A stretch of 64,000 nucleotides of DNA from Amoeboaphelidium protococcarum X5 (taxonomy: Eukaryota; Fungi; Aphelidiomycota), in contig JALDTO010000155.1 in assembly GCA_023515725.1 (NCBI GenBank), positions 1 to 64,000 of the forward strand, written 5' to 3'. A program made the translations under genes and the position numbers. A model generated the notes under the pieces. The model worked only from the letters and a program-made list of their open reading frames with translations. It made no database searches and was not told the DNA's origin. Position 1 is the first letter of the stretch; each line of letters begins with the position of its first letter. Below, one piece after another: positions 1 to 14,000 of this stretch.

Positions 1-2851
1 ATTAAGCTTTGAACGCGCCATGATATCCGACTGCAGCGCCACTTCTACAATGTTCATCATCGCCATCACCGTTACCGTCTTCCAGATGTAGGCCATTATC
101 ACTTCTGATGAAGTTTCCGTGTCTTCCCATCTGAGTACGTAGCGGCAGATGAGCATAATGCTAGACATCCTTTCGGTTGTGAAACATAAACTTCACCACT
201 GCCTTCTTACTCTTTCTACTCGGGGCAATATGAGTCGGATAACCAACAAGAGTCTTTCTCTTGATAACCAGTCTATCAGGATGTGGACGCAAAGAAGTTC
301 CGCGGCCTACGATAATTGGTGCAGAGTCTTTATCATCTTCACCCCCAGTCGTTGACTGCTTCATATACAGCACTGGACATTTACTTCCTATGGTGATAGG
401 CGCAATAACAGACGCGACAACCTATTGCCCGGCTGCAACGTATTTCACCTGCTTTGACTTGTAAATTGCAGTTTTGCGACCACCTCCGCGAGATGTCTTC
501 AAAGACTGTAAATCTTACGGTACCATCTATGAAAACACCGGCCAACCTTAATACACACGCGGACCAACCATCATGAGCAACTCATCTTTACTCTTCAAAA
601 TTGGCATCCTGGTCAGCTGTTCAATCAATTCCGCAGTGGGATCAATATCGAAGTCAATCTTCTTTCCATTTGGTTTATCACAGGCAATTCTGGCACTCTT
701 CTACCTCTATAGACTAAAGTTCATCGCTGACTATTCATGCTCAAATGGCAAAAGTCCAAAAACAGCCTTGATTAAATTCTTTTCCATAATCTGCTAAAAT
801 TCAACAACCGGAACATTTTCCAAGTATAATCTTACGCGTCTACCAGGTGTACTCAACTATGAGGCGAGAATATCTTCATCCTGATCCATCTCATATCCAC
901 CATTAAAATCTCCTTCACAATCATGTTTTCCTTATACTTCGCCATACATTACACAATCATACTCGCGATAGATCTACTATTCAATAGACTGGAGCATATG
1001 AGAATGGAAATCCCTACCATTACGAGAGAATCGCTTCAACTGATCATAACCATCAGGTAGACCATCGTCAAGGTCCCACTCGGCATCATCAAGACGGTTC
1101 ATCAATCCTCTGTACTTGCGATAACGATCTTTAACTAGAACATCAGGTGGGAGCGGAGCAACTTCATCAGGATACTTCATGTACTCTTTCATTTCCTTGT
1201 ATTCTCTGAGAAGCTATGCGCGATAGTCTCCACCATCATTTACATCACCGCTCATGTTCTCATCATCAGTTCCTAAATCAAGTTCCTGATCATCTCCAGC
1301 AGATTTTATTTATCTTCTCTGCATACGAAGTTCTTCCAGAGCCGCTTGATCATACTCTTCATCCTCTTCATTCTTACCGCGTTAAGTGTTAGTGCGGACA
1401 TATTCCATTAGACACTCTACCTCAGACTGTTCATCTTCCTCACCACTGAGCCAAGCTTTGACATAACTTTTGCCTTCCGCATCAACTGCAGAACCGCTAT
1501 TACTAGATCTACCATTTGTCATTAGCACTTGATCGCTATTCTACTACCGATCATCCAGTTCACCTTCTTCATCCTCCTCTTCCTAAATGTCGGATAAGTA
1601 CGCTGAATGTCCGCCTACCATCGATCGGTCGCTATCATCATCATCATCATCCATACGCTCATTCCATTATTGGTCAAATTATGCATCGAAATGGGACAAC
1701 ACGCCAAAAGTAGATGATGGTAGGACCACTTTCTCTACGGATCTCCCGTCTCTACTCAAAACTTCAATCTTGGAGCATTTATAGTCACCCAAGTACTTCA
1801 GATGAACATGGCGATTGATATTAAATGGCATACCACGACTGAATCCTTCAATTACAACTACGGATTATTGAGATTCTTCATTATTCAAAGCATCGACTTC
1901 ATTATCAGGCAAAACTGAATGTTTGTCAACCAGCATGTACGGATAGAGTTCGCGCCACTACGTATTAGTTGGAATCAGTGTATGCAAGACTCTTTTCAAT
2001 TGGTCATAGCCAGCACAGTGAGCATTTTATGATACATCTGATGATGAAATAATAAACATCTTATGGTCTTTAGATTAACCACCCATCTCTTGTACCATAA
2101 ACTACTGACAACTCTTCAACACGGCTTTAACATCTTTCTCTTTCTGAATCTGGTCAGTATTCAACAGCAGAGACATGATGTACAATCCAACTCCTTTGTT
2201 CTATAAAGATGATCCACCCCCTACATTACTATTAGTAGGCAGCGATGGGATTCCAAAAGATCTCAGAGCCTCCAGCGTGGCCATACCCAATTCATCCACC
2301 TCATCCTGCGCGCTCAATGCAAACACAACAAAGTCACATACAGTCAGACCTTCAACAATCTTGAGCAGAAAATCTTATTTATTACATGCGATATCTCTAA
2401 TACCTCGGTGATACGCATCGCTTTAATCATCTATAGCTTTTTCGGAGTTGAATAAAGTATCAGGACGTTCAATAACCACAAATTGACAAGAATCAATAGA
2501 TTAATTAGAATCAGACGCATCTTCTCCATTCTAATCTTGCCGTGTCAGCATAAAATCTGGACATTGGATATTAGGACACAGCGGGACGTACAATCCTATC
2601 TTCTTCACACCGCTCCTTCTGAACTGGACAATACTCTATCGCTGCATCTACTACTACTTCTACCTGGTGATAGACGCGCTCTTGGAAAGCAGCGATTTAG
2701 CACTACTACTACCATTAATACTCCGTACAGACTCTCTGCCTCCACTTCTACTCTTACTCTTGTTCTTCTTGTTCGCCTTATTGCTCTAATGGTAATACCT
2801 ACCACTTCTATGATGATGCGACTACTCCCCACTCTTTTAATCTCTCGCCAT
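1..2851 (-). CDS. TSR1: Pre-rRNA processing protein TSR1 (BMS1/TSR1 family), 3' end cut by window edge
   Basis: With TAR=Gln, ATG at 2851 (MARDQKSGEQSHHHRSG...) is in frame with track ORFs 977-1192 (DRYRKYRGL) and 161-373 (RLVIKRKTLVGYP...VVKFMFHNRKDV) and continues to GYHGAFKA at the edge. These match the Tsr1 C-terminal domain. Confidence 0.85.
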
Positions 2852-3229
2852 AATAAATACTATTCCAACACGCGTTATCAGCTAATAATAAATGCTACTA
2901 GATATTTAACTACACAAAAGGGAAAGATGAGTCTCAATCTGGAATGAAAATAGATCAAAAATTCTGATATTTTTTCTGCAGGTCGAGAGATCGTCACAGT
3001 GGAGAGATTGATAGAATTTTAACTGCAGAAGAGAGGGACTTTCTTAACCGAAATCGGATACGCGTCTTGACTGATCAGAGTTGCACCCTTATCATAAATA
3101 GGTCGTCGTTAACGAGTTTCATCATCATCATCAACAACTGATCAGTCTCTAACTAGCGACTTGCATTTTGATAAATTTCAAGATTCCTGGTTATAAAAAT
3201 CCAAAGTCTCTATTATAGAAAGAAATTGA

Positions 3230-4975
3230 ATGATAATGTTTAGACGTACCGCTTAGTTATAGACGCGTCATCTGTTGAATGGAAATGCTGGTAGGCAGTT
3301 CTCTGCAGCATAGTCATAAGGCGAAGTTAAGAGTGATAAACAAGTACCAGCGCTATGGCAGGAGCTTAATAAAAGTAATCCGTAGAATAACGCGTCTTCA
3401 TCATCGCTGCCTATTCAGAAGAGCTCATACAAGGTACAGAAACTGACTGGATAATAACAACAGTCTCGCGCGTCATTGCCACATAGTACTGCCACGAAGT
3501 AATCTGTTAATACCGTCAAGTCTCCTCCTATCAAAGGTAATCAGAATCAGGTTGCGAGTTATTACCGCAATGTAATTTTAGAGTTGAAGAGCATCTATCA
3601 CGCAAAGAGTGGGTACTATGGAGATGGTCTATTTAATGCCAAGAACTAGGAGCGAAGTATCACCTGGGCCGACTATAAGAATAATTAGGCCTGCAATTAT
3701 AAAGCCAAGAGAATGGCTGCATTCCTTCTGGGTACAGGTGCACTTATTAGTCATCCATTAACGACTTTTCTGGGTCTTAAATACGCCTTCTTATCCGGAT
3801 CTCTTACAATGTCTGGTGCAAAGTTACTTGTCGATTCTATCTTAACTTATGGAGTTAGTCCATTTGTGCTGAAAGGTTTGTCATATTCTTCATGGTTGCG
3901 TAGTCGATTGCCAATGTTCCTGTTTGATGGTAACTAGAAATCAGTCGCGGAATCTAATTTGCATGCTGTGGAACAAGCGTATGGCAAGGAGCGAGTTTAT
4001 AATGTGGCGAATGCTTAGTAGTTGCTGTCCATCTATAACACTGTACTGCGTAAGAATGAGCAATGGCAGTTGATGATGAATCGATTGCAAGCGGGTAATC
4101 TTCAAGTTAGTCAGATGTATTAGACTGTCATACATCTCCTGCCGTATATGATGGATCATGGCTTGACATTCTCCAATCTGTCTCTATCTAGTCGCAATTA
4201 CAGATCTTATGCGTGTTCTATTCTATAGCCAGGTATTACAGTGTCAGCCGCTGATTAGTCGCCTGATCAAGATTCCATGACTAAATTGATTAATGATCAC
4301 GATGGAGTGTCGTCTAATGTTATGAAGAAGAGTTCACCGTTGTCTTTTGTGTCGAGAGTTAGAACTCAGCATGGATTGACCAAGGTGATGGACCGCCAAT
4401 TAGCGTAAGCTGAGATTATCTACAATCTAAAGTATGATGAGAATTTCAAGTCTGGAGATCGTCATTATGGATTTGTTAATGATTCTATCTATCAAGAGGA
4501 TTTGAAGTATATTCTGAACAATCTCGTCGGTCTTCAAGGTTCCACTATTCAAGATTTGATCATGGTGCAGCAGGACGTAAAGGCTATCGATCAGTTGTTG
4601 TTTTCATACGCAAGATTTGCTCATTTCATGTGCGAAATGAGGTTGAAGGTACGTGGTTCATGCAGTGGTCTTCCTGTGTGTGATTCGAAAAAGAGCACCA
4701 TGTTCGATTTGCGATCTGCTCTCAATGAAAAGTTGATGGATAATCGCGTCAAGGTCAAGTCACCTAGTGAGTATGAAAATTAGTTTGAGAAGGAACATTA
4801 GGATTACTTTTCATACCAAGATACCGAAATTAGCCAAGTGGATAATGAGTTGAGCGCCTAAACTAGTTAATAGAAAATGCAATAATGTCAACCGGATGAT
4901 CTGATGCTTTCAGCCTATGTCCTGGCTAAGACTCTAATTGTGTGTTCAAGTCATTTGAAAACTATTTAGAAATGA
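3230..4975 (+). CDS. Hypothetical protein (~581 aa), probable mitochondrial presequence and a hydrophobic segment
   Basis: ATG 3230 (MIMFRRTAQLQTRHLLNGNAGRQFS) is in frame with track ORFs 3713-3937 and 4502-4783, ending at TGA 4973-4975. No family recognised; not every internal codon was checked. Confidence 0.65.
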
Positions 4976-5077
4976 AATCATTAAGAATAGAGAAATAAGT
5001 TTAAATGAATTTTATATATTTATATGACATTTTCACTTCCAGATCTAATAATCTAAAATCTCCAGTCCAGAAAGTCA

Positions 5078-8000
5078 TCACTACCTGCTCGCCATCTCGA
5101 ACCACTAAGATAAAGCTTCACTCAGGATGGAAGGCAGCGAGTCGAGATCACGCAGAACAATGTAAAAGTCAAAAGGAAATGTGTCCATGTACTTGGTCAT
5201 CTTGAGCTATCCATTGGCATCAAATGAGACATTCTTCATATCCATGATGGAATGTTGCCTTTAAGTAGATGGGTCAGAACTCTACAGCTACTAATACTTA
5301 CCACCAGCCTGATTCTAAGTAGATTTATCCATGTCCAGCACAATGAACAGAGTCATAATCTTGTCATTCACCGTGGCCTACCTGACCATCTAGCGGATAT
5401 TCTAATGATCTTCACAGATGCCATCAGAAATGATTATCTACAACTACCACAAATCTTGGCCTGAACCACCTCGACTACCCATTCTCTATTACCGCAGCAT
5501 TGACACTGACTGGGATAGCAATTGTCCCACAATGGTCTTGTCTTGATTAAAAGTGAACTAGCTGATCATATTGGCTCCACCATTAGCATCACCAGAAGCA
5601 ATACCAGAGCTAAGAGGTGCATCAAACGGATGGATCATACGCACACTCTCACCAAACGATGCCACTCCAACCTGTCCGACTTCGAGCAGCGTCAAGGCTC
5701 TGGATATTAAAGCTAGACTTTCAAATGCAAGTCGAATACACTTTCCATCAGCCATACTCTTGGAATCATCCACCGCAATGAGCACTTGGTAACTTCTCTT
5801 CTATGGCTTGGTTCTCCTCAGCCATATTTTGTCTTTGCGGTACTGAGAGGCAATGTATGGTATGATTTTGCGCATATTCAACCGCTTACCAGTTTTGTAA
5901 TCACCTCTGAGATGTGAGTTCACATTAGGCTCTAGAATAAGACGCAACTTCTCGCACAGCTGAGTACTCAGTGACGAAGTTCTCTACAAGCAATCATTCC
6001 ACACTTGGGACGAAGCATTAATCCTAGATTTCATATCAATACTATGGTTAGAGTAAAGCTGAGCAATTTCCTAATCATCCAGGACGGCTGATGGTGATTA
6101 TGCTGATAAATCCAATAACTTTACTTCAGATGAAAGCTGATTTTCAGATTGATGTTATTCTGAATAGAAAGCCGCATCTACAGAAGGCTCTTCATCCACA
6201 GACATTAAATCATTGCAGTCAGTCAAAGACTCGTCCTATTCTGTATCATCTCTGAGCTTGGCCTTCTTATTGCGGGACTAAACTTGACCAGAGAGGAGGA
6301 TTTCATCTGATTCCAAACTTAAGTCTTCTTCCACATTCATTTAATCATCTCCTTCATCCTGATCCACCACTACCTAATCGTCTTAGTCACCATCTTCCTC
6401 AGGATTCTCAACCACCATCTGTTTGGCTTGATCCATTTGATCTTTGGTAGCAACACCTTGCGCTTGAAGATCAGTATCAACATCGTCTTAGACGAATTTC
6501 ACCTGCATCTAATTCTACTGAGCATCCAAACCGCTTGACTATGGTGTATTCTACTTATCGTCAGCTGACGCATCAGTGACATTCTTAAAGTCAACTTTAC
6601 TGTTCATCGCAGCCAACTTTCTATTAGCATTTGCTTCCCTGCCCTTTTCTTGCTACAAATCACCAATTTACGTCTATAACGAAGACTGATTACTCTATTT
6701 AGAATCTGAGGCAAGACTTTATGAAGGATTATGGGACTGATCTTCCTTTGTATCCTGCTACTTATCTTCAGAGACTACATCGAATTCATCTTACTAGCGC
6801 GATATCTAGGATTAATTTCCATCGACACCATCAATACCATACTGCACTTCATCATTCAACATCTGCTGCTAGTCCAACACGGTCTCATCCTTACCATCAG
6901 TTTCGTATTGAGGTTGATCTTGTGCGGATTCATCTTCATCACCATTAGTAGAATCTTGTTCAGCCATAGGATTCACTAAACTATCCTCTTCACCATCCTA
7001 ATCCTCTCCATTCTCTTCAGGACTTTCTTCTACATCTAGAACATCATCTTAGCAGTCATCTTCCTGTTGATGATCCTACTCAGACTATTAACCAGCATCT
7101 TCGACATCATCTAACTGCATATTCTCTGGCAAATCACCATCTTCCTAATCCTACTACTCCAACTCTTGATCATTATCAACATCATTAGAGCTCTCGTTAT
7201 CACGCTACTATTGCGGCCTGTCAACCATATCATCTTCATCGACTTGCTCATTAACTTCTGGATTGTCCTATTTGCTCTAATCAGCGACGAGGTCTTCATT
7301 CTACTCACCGGACATTTCATCCTCAGCCGCTGCAATATTACTATCATCAGCCTGGCCATCACCTTTAGAAACTCCCTCCTATGTCCTTTCTTCCTGCTCC
7401 TCTTGATCCTCATCTTCATCGTCATTATTCCACATCTTCTCGTCAAGTACCTCTTGATCGTCGAGATCATCCTTGTCATCAGCAGTGTTGCCCATCTGCT
7501 CATCCAAATCATCTTGATCTCGCTCATCTTCCTAGTCATCTTCTTCATTCCTTTGCATACTCTCAAACTGACCATCAAAGTCATTCTGCATATCAAGGCC
7601 TTCATCCTCATCCTTATCCTGCTACTCTTAATCATCATCATCATCATCATCATCATCACTTTACTCCTTCTCGTTATCATTTATCTCATCCTTCAGTCCT
7701 AACACTTGCTCTTCATCTTCAATCTCGTCACTGACATCGCGATCGCCCTTCTCACCGGCAGCCATACCAGTACCATCTAACTGAGCCTTATCGTCCACGG
7801 CATTATCATCACCGGCGTCAGCGTCGGCAAGTTCCTCCGATAAGCAGAAGCCTTTCTAAATCAGTAGAGTGTTGACATGAATCAATATGCCGCACAATCT
7901 CATACTTTCAACCAGACTTGAAGCGGATTGATTAAAGACTTTAGACACCAGAGACTGCAGACTGAATATGAACGGGAGCACTCGAGTAATAGACTCTAAA

Positions 8001-11000
8001 TTGCTCCAAAGAAGTACACCGTTTATCATGTCATCCATTTATGATGAGTGCAACTTATTGAATGTCGCGTGTTATTGCTGAGCTGAGATATTAAAGTAAC
8101 CTTTCACTAGAGGAATAGAGTCATCGATAATCTCTTCACTCGTCGCATCTTCATTATCCACGCTAGAGCTTACTCTTTGAACAAATAAAAGAATTCCTTC
8201 AATCACCTTGGAAGTTGAGGCAGCATCTTCAGTCATTTGATTACATGACGAAGTACTAAAGTATGATAATACTTCTCTTACCTCATTCTAGGACTCTTAA
8301 ATGACATTACGCAGCCTTTGATTATGACCAGGATCTGTAGATGACAAGAGCGACATCAACTATTAGCCAATCTAGTAATGCAGCTGACTCGCGACACTGA
8401 CATCTTGACTCAAAGTAGGACATTTAGACAACTGATCTACAATGCTGTCCAATGTGCCAATATAAGCTTTCCACGCCTCTTCACCATCATTCACAACAGC
8501 CATCTGCATTAGAACAACTTGCAAAGATTTAGCCACGCAGAGAAGTCTCGATAAATCCACCGGGCCGTCTAGAATCACCAAGTCATTATTACTGGCACAA
8601 AATTATAGATATTTACAGACTTGGTCAACTGACTGAAGACTTTACACTGCACACTGATTAAGACTAATCCAACCAGATACAGCTTTGCACAACAGACTTT
8701 CAATCAGAGAGGTGAATTAAGACATTTGATCTTTGGATACCTGTTGATGGCATGTGCCCAGCTGATCTTACATTGCCGTGAATGCTGCCACATTTTCATG
8801 AAGTAGTCGGCTCAGCTATTGGCAACTATCAACGTCCAACAAAGACTATTAAACGCCAACCTTCATCAAGGACTGAGGATCTAACCTCTCTACAGTCTTT
8901 AATCCAGCACCCTTCAAAACTTTCAGTAAACGATTAAGAGCATTTTCCTTCATCTTTCGCAGATTCTTAATCTAACTGATATTGTCAGCTGTTGGACCAG
9001 TAGACTCCAAATCTTTGTTCATCTACTTGAAATTTCTCAAATGATCAAGAATTTCATCATTCAACGACTAAATTCCATCCACCTAAGGAAGTGACTAAAC
9101 AATACGAGCACCTACACGATCAATCTTGCGAATTAGAGCCTGAGATGATTAGTTCACAGATCCTAGATCAATTTGCCATTCACTTGATTACTGAGCTTAA
9201 GATGCATGCAAAGCAAGAGGAAGGACGATAGGAGATATCAAATGGCAATCCTTCATTCGATCCAACACCAAATACTACATCCTCATATTATACTATTCGA
9301 TAACTTTGGCTACCGGCACCGATAAAACTTCATTGATGTAGTTGTGAATGACCTTGTTGATCTTGCGACAAGAAGCATCAACGTAGCTTTTCAAATTGAA
9401 GTAGTTGATGTCCTTCCATGAAGTCAGTCTAGCAATATCCTTAATCTCCTTCTTATACTTCTCCATCTTACTCTGGATAAGCAGTTGACACTCTGGAAGA
9501 AATATAGCAAACTAATCCACGGCAGACTAAATCATGATCGCAACAGACTGCCGACCCATCAGCGCGTTGACTCTAGCAAAAGCCTTCAACATTGACAACT
9601 TGGTACCAAATCGACCAGCCTAGGAACTCTTCACATACTAGATTAGATTATCATACGATCCAGCCAGATAGCTCTACTCGGATAAGGAATCGTCAAAAGG
9701 AGACAGAAGATTAAAAGCCAGATGATGCCACTTATCAAAGTCCGCCTCTACCCATTATCGTTCATTCAACTGTAAAGCATCCAACCACTTGGAGATCTAC
9801 TCTCTGCGATACTGAAGCACATACTAAGAGATATCATCCAAAAATGACTGCAGAGACAATTCTTTAGAGGCATAATCTTACCACTCCTGAAGCTTGACAA
9901 GCAGCAACTCTAACCCACCAACAATTTTGGCCAAACTCTGTGCCGAATCAAAACCCTAAATTCGATCAGCAATCTTCAAAATCTGAACCAAAATTGGATT
10001 CTCTGGCCATAGAGTGATCAATTCTTAACAGCGATCAATCAACTTTTGCAATTTGTTGATAACGAGTGAACAATCTTGATCAACTTTAGAGAGAATCTTG
10101 ATCTTTCTGTCAATAGTGTAGAGCATAAGAGGCTACAACTCAATGTCTATGGCGCATGATTGACTTTTAGAACTACCGAATAATTCTTCACTGATCAAGT
10201 CAAGTCCTTGCAAAGTCATATCACGCAGGTCACTATTCCGAGTATCAGAAAAGATGCTTAAGAACATCTTGGCCATTGAGGAGACTGACAATGCTTCATT
10301 AGAGCATTGTGCAGTATTATCATCTGATTATACCTCTTACATGACCAACTCGCCTTCATCATCAAAGTACCATTACTGATCGGTACCCTTAGAATTTGAT
10401 TACGTTAGGTAGTCCACCACTTCATCTGAGAACTTGTATAAAGAATCCTTAGTCTCCGAGAGTAAAGCATTCTTCTTCTCCATTTATATTCTTTGATCAG
10501 CATATCCAATTAATCGCGATACAAATTCCTCAGGAATGACACCATATTGTCTATAGAATACGCGACATTAAGTAAAAGCATACGTCCAAGCACCTGAAGC
10601 CATATCAACAACTTTACCTGGTTAAGCACTAAAATAAACTCGCCATGAGGGAAGTATGTACTTTGATGAATCTCTAACAACAGGACTCCTCATCTCCTTC
10701 AGCCGGTAAGTTATGCCAATATAGAACATGCACAAAATAGTTTGAACCGGTAACACAATATCCATATACTCCACGTAGCTTGTAGCCAGCCTAGATTAAA
10801 ACTAATAAATCCCATCAAGTAATTACTCCAACAGATTGGCGTCCGATACAGACATGATCTTTTACAACGACAATGTATTTCGGAACATTTTCAACTCTTG
10901 ATGCAAAGCATAAAACTTTTAAGTAGCAACTCTAGGCGGGAATCTACCATACAATTCATCATAGGTTCGCTTGAGGTGAGACAATTTCTGCTCTAAAAAC

Positions 11001-14000
11001 AAAGTCAATGGGGATTACTAACCCCCAGTCAGCTGCTCAGTAATATACGATGACAACTTAAGATCAGCCTCCATATCCCGCCTTTCAACAGACAAAATCG
11101 CCAGCTCACCACTCATTCTATTCATCGGATCATACACATTGTCGATAACAAAAGAATCATACCACCGCTCGGCCAATTTGAGCCAATTACTGGATTAAGC
11201 ACTAGATGCAGTGACATCAATCAGGCCATCAGGATGCACAGCACTCCAGTCACCTAATAGCTTGAGCATCGCATTCTACATGAACTCTTCAGGCTCAATC
11301 TAAGCGTAGAATTCTCTGACTTGGTGTAGATGTTACAGCGCGGACTTGACTCCGCTAAACTAAACATGGTTCACAGATTACAGCAAGTCAAAGAGTCTAG
11401 CACAAAAGAAACCATCGCTCAGATTCAAAGCACCATTCAACGTATAACATTACTGCGTAATAATTTGCATGAGCTTAATGTTACTGGTCTTATGGTCCAC
11501 AAGATACTACTTCAATGTAGTGGCTAGATCCTATCTCTAGCTAAACACCTCTTACAAAACGAGCGATTTAACATGTCTCAAATCAGAGCTTAACCCATCA
11601 GAATTAGCCAAACTTTGCCACAAGTCCCAGATCTTGTCCACAGACGCGAGCTTAGATTGAGTTTAAAACTGACGAGCTAAAGAGGACACCTAAGCAGACA
11701 ACTTATCTGAAAGATTATACAAGCCACAGACTGACAGAAACTTATTAACCACTGCAGTGTCAATGTACGCTACCTGAGCAGAACTCTCACCCAGCTTCAA
11801 ATGCTCAACAGCCATATATAGAACATGGACTAGCTAAATCCAATCAGCTTATTTAGCTTCACATCTCACAAAATCACACAGATCCACTAGCAAAAAGTAA
11901 ATCTATCGCATCACAAATTGGAGCTCAGACAGTGAGATAGACTTGAATGAATAAGAGAACTGATCAATAGCTCTCTTGACTAAATGGTCCAAGTATTTAT
12001 ATTAGGAGACCGAATCGTTTGCAGATGCTTGCAATCTGCAGAGAGCGTAATCAACTAAAATAGGAGATTATGCTTTAACAGGTAAACCGCATTCATCAAT
12101 AACAGCATTAAATAGTGGAAAACCTTCCAGAGTGTTCTAAAGATGCATAATTTCCCAATAATTGAACACAGACGCGTTCAAACTCTTCATGATCTGAGCA
12201 CATGCCAGTTGATACTCTAAAGGACTGAATGTAGTAGACACTGCACTCCATAAGCCTCTAGATACTTGATCAGATGGTAGGAAAATCTCAACACCTCGAT
12301 TACGCATAGCTCTCGAGAGTTCACATCTATAGTTGACATCAACGCCCAAAATCAGTCTAAACTATGGATGTCGCTGAATACACCGAACACCACCATTAAC
12401 AATACCTTACTCTGACACAACAAGACATCCATCCTCTTCCATCACAGAATTCAAGCGATCCAATACGGATGGATTGCAAATGTTGGCATTATTCAGATAG
12501 AGCCAATGTCCATTCTGCATCGCTTGCACCAAAGGACCGTCGCGCCAGACAAACTGCACCTATCCGTCGATCAATCTCTCAATTCCTTGCAAAAGGCTAG
12601 ACATTAGAACTTGATCGCCATCAGTAGAACACTCGGCAATCTTCTTTGCCAAGTTAAGCCACTCTTTGTGAGAATTCTTAGCTAAAACAATAAGCTAATC
12701 AACACTCTCACTTAATGGCGATCCATAGCTTTAGTTGACCACAGCATGGAACTGATCAATCCTCCAGGATATCGAATTCTGCTCGAAAATACCCACCAGA
12801 TCATATGGATCCGTCTGCCTATCAAGATTAACCGTTATCAGATCAGAGCCAGATACAAGTGCCAAATTCTTGATCAAATCAAAACACATAGCGGCATCAT
12901 CAGAAGTCAGGATGGCCATTTAATCCAAGATGGAACATTGGATCAGTGCTCTAAGTCCTCGCAAGAACTCCTACTCATACCGGATAGATGGTGTTCCACT
13001 GGAAAATGATCTACGTGTCAATCTATCGATACTCCACACTCCAACTTTGAAATGGTGCTCATCAATGGATGGAACAAGAGAGCTCTCTACAAAAGCAGAT
13101 GCGCCAAAGATCTCTTCAAATAAAGTTATCACAGTAGATCTATCATGCTCACACCTAAATCTCAAGATATATACCAGAAAGATAGCATCACACAGCGCAC
13201 CAGTTCCGTATTCTTTCAATATGTCCACACATCGAAAAATGTCACGCAAGTTGAACTCCCACGGGTATCCCAATTGTCCAAAATTAATGTCACTAACGCA
13301 TAGAGTGGATAACCTCTCGTTAAACTGAACAAGATTTACAAGCAATTAGTCATCGATGCTTCCACTGTACCGTGCTCGGCAAATAGACAGATAATCTTCA
13401 GTGTCCATATCATCAATCCAAATGCGAATGAAACGATTAAGGAAACTAGCAGGCAATCCCTTACGTCCACCTCCTTGAGATAAAGGATTTTATGCAGCAA
13501 ATAGTCTGAACTCTGCATGACACTCAAAATATTGATCCAGCTCAGGAATGTACACGGTAGATCGATGATCAAGAAGAGCATTTAATCCCTCGAGCACTGA
13601 CTGACTGGCAAGATTCATCTCATCCAACAGCACCCATTATCCATCCTTCATTGCACGCAGCAAAGGACCATCTCTCCACTCGAATCGCGGCTGGTCATTA
13701 TTATCGCCACCATCAGATGGAAGATCACTACCAAACAAATCAATCAAATCAGTCTACTCTGACAAATTGATTCTCACAACTTGCTTATTGTTCAGCTTGC
13801 CAATGGTGGTAACGATAGAGGATTTACCACAACCGGGACTGCCTTCCAACAGAATAGCACGCGCCTTTGTAAAGCTCATTGCACGGACAATCTTGATAGC
13901 ATTTAATCTCGCCTAGCTGGCAACAAAAAAGGAATCATCATAATGCTCCAAGCCATATTTAGGTTCGATTCCATCAATGAAAGGTGCAATAACGTTGGCA

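Noticed and set aside
7111-7734. Overlapping Met-, Ile- and His-rich ORFs
   Set aside because: Alternative frames of the GAT/GAA-rich acidic tail of midasin.
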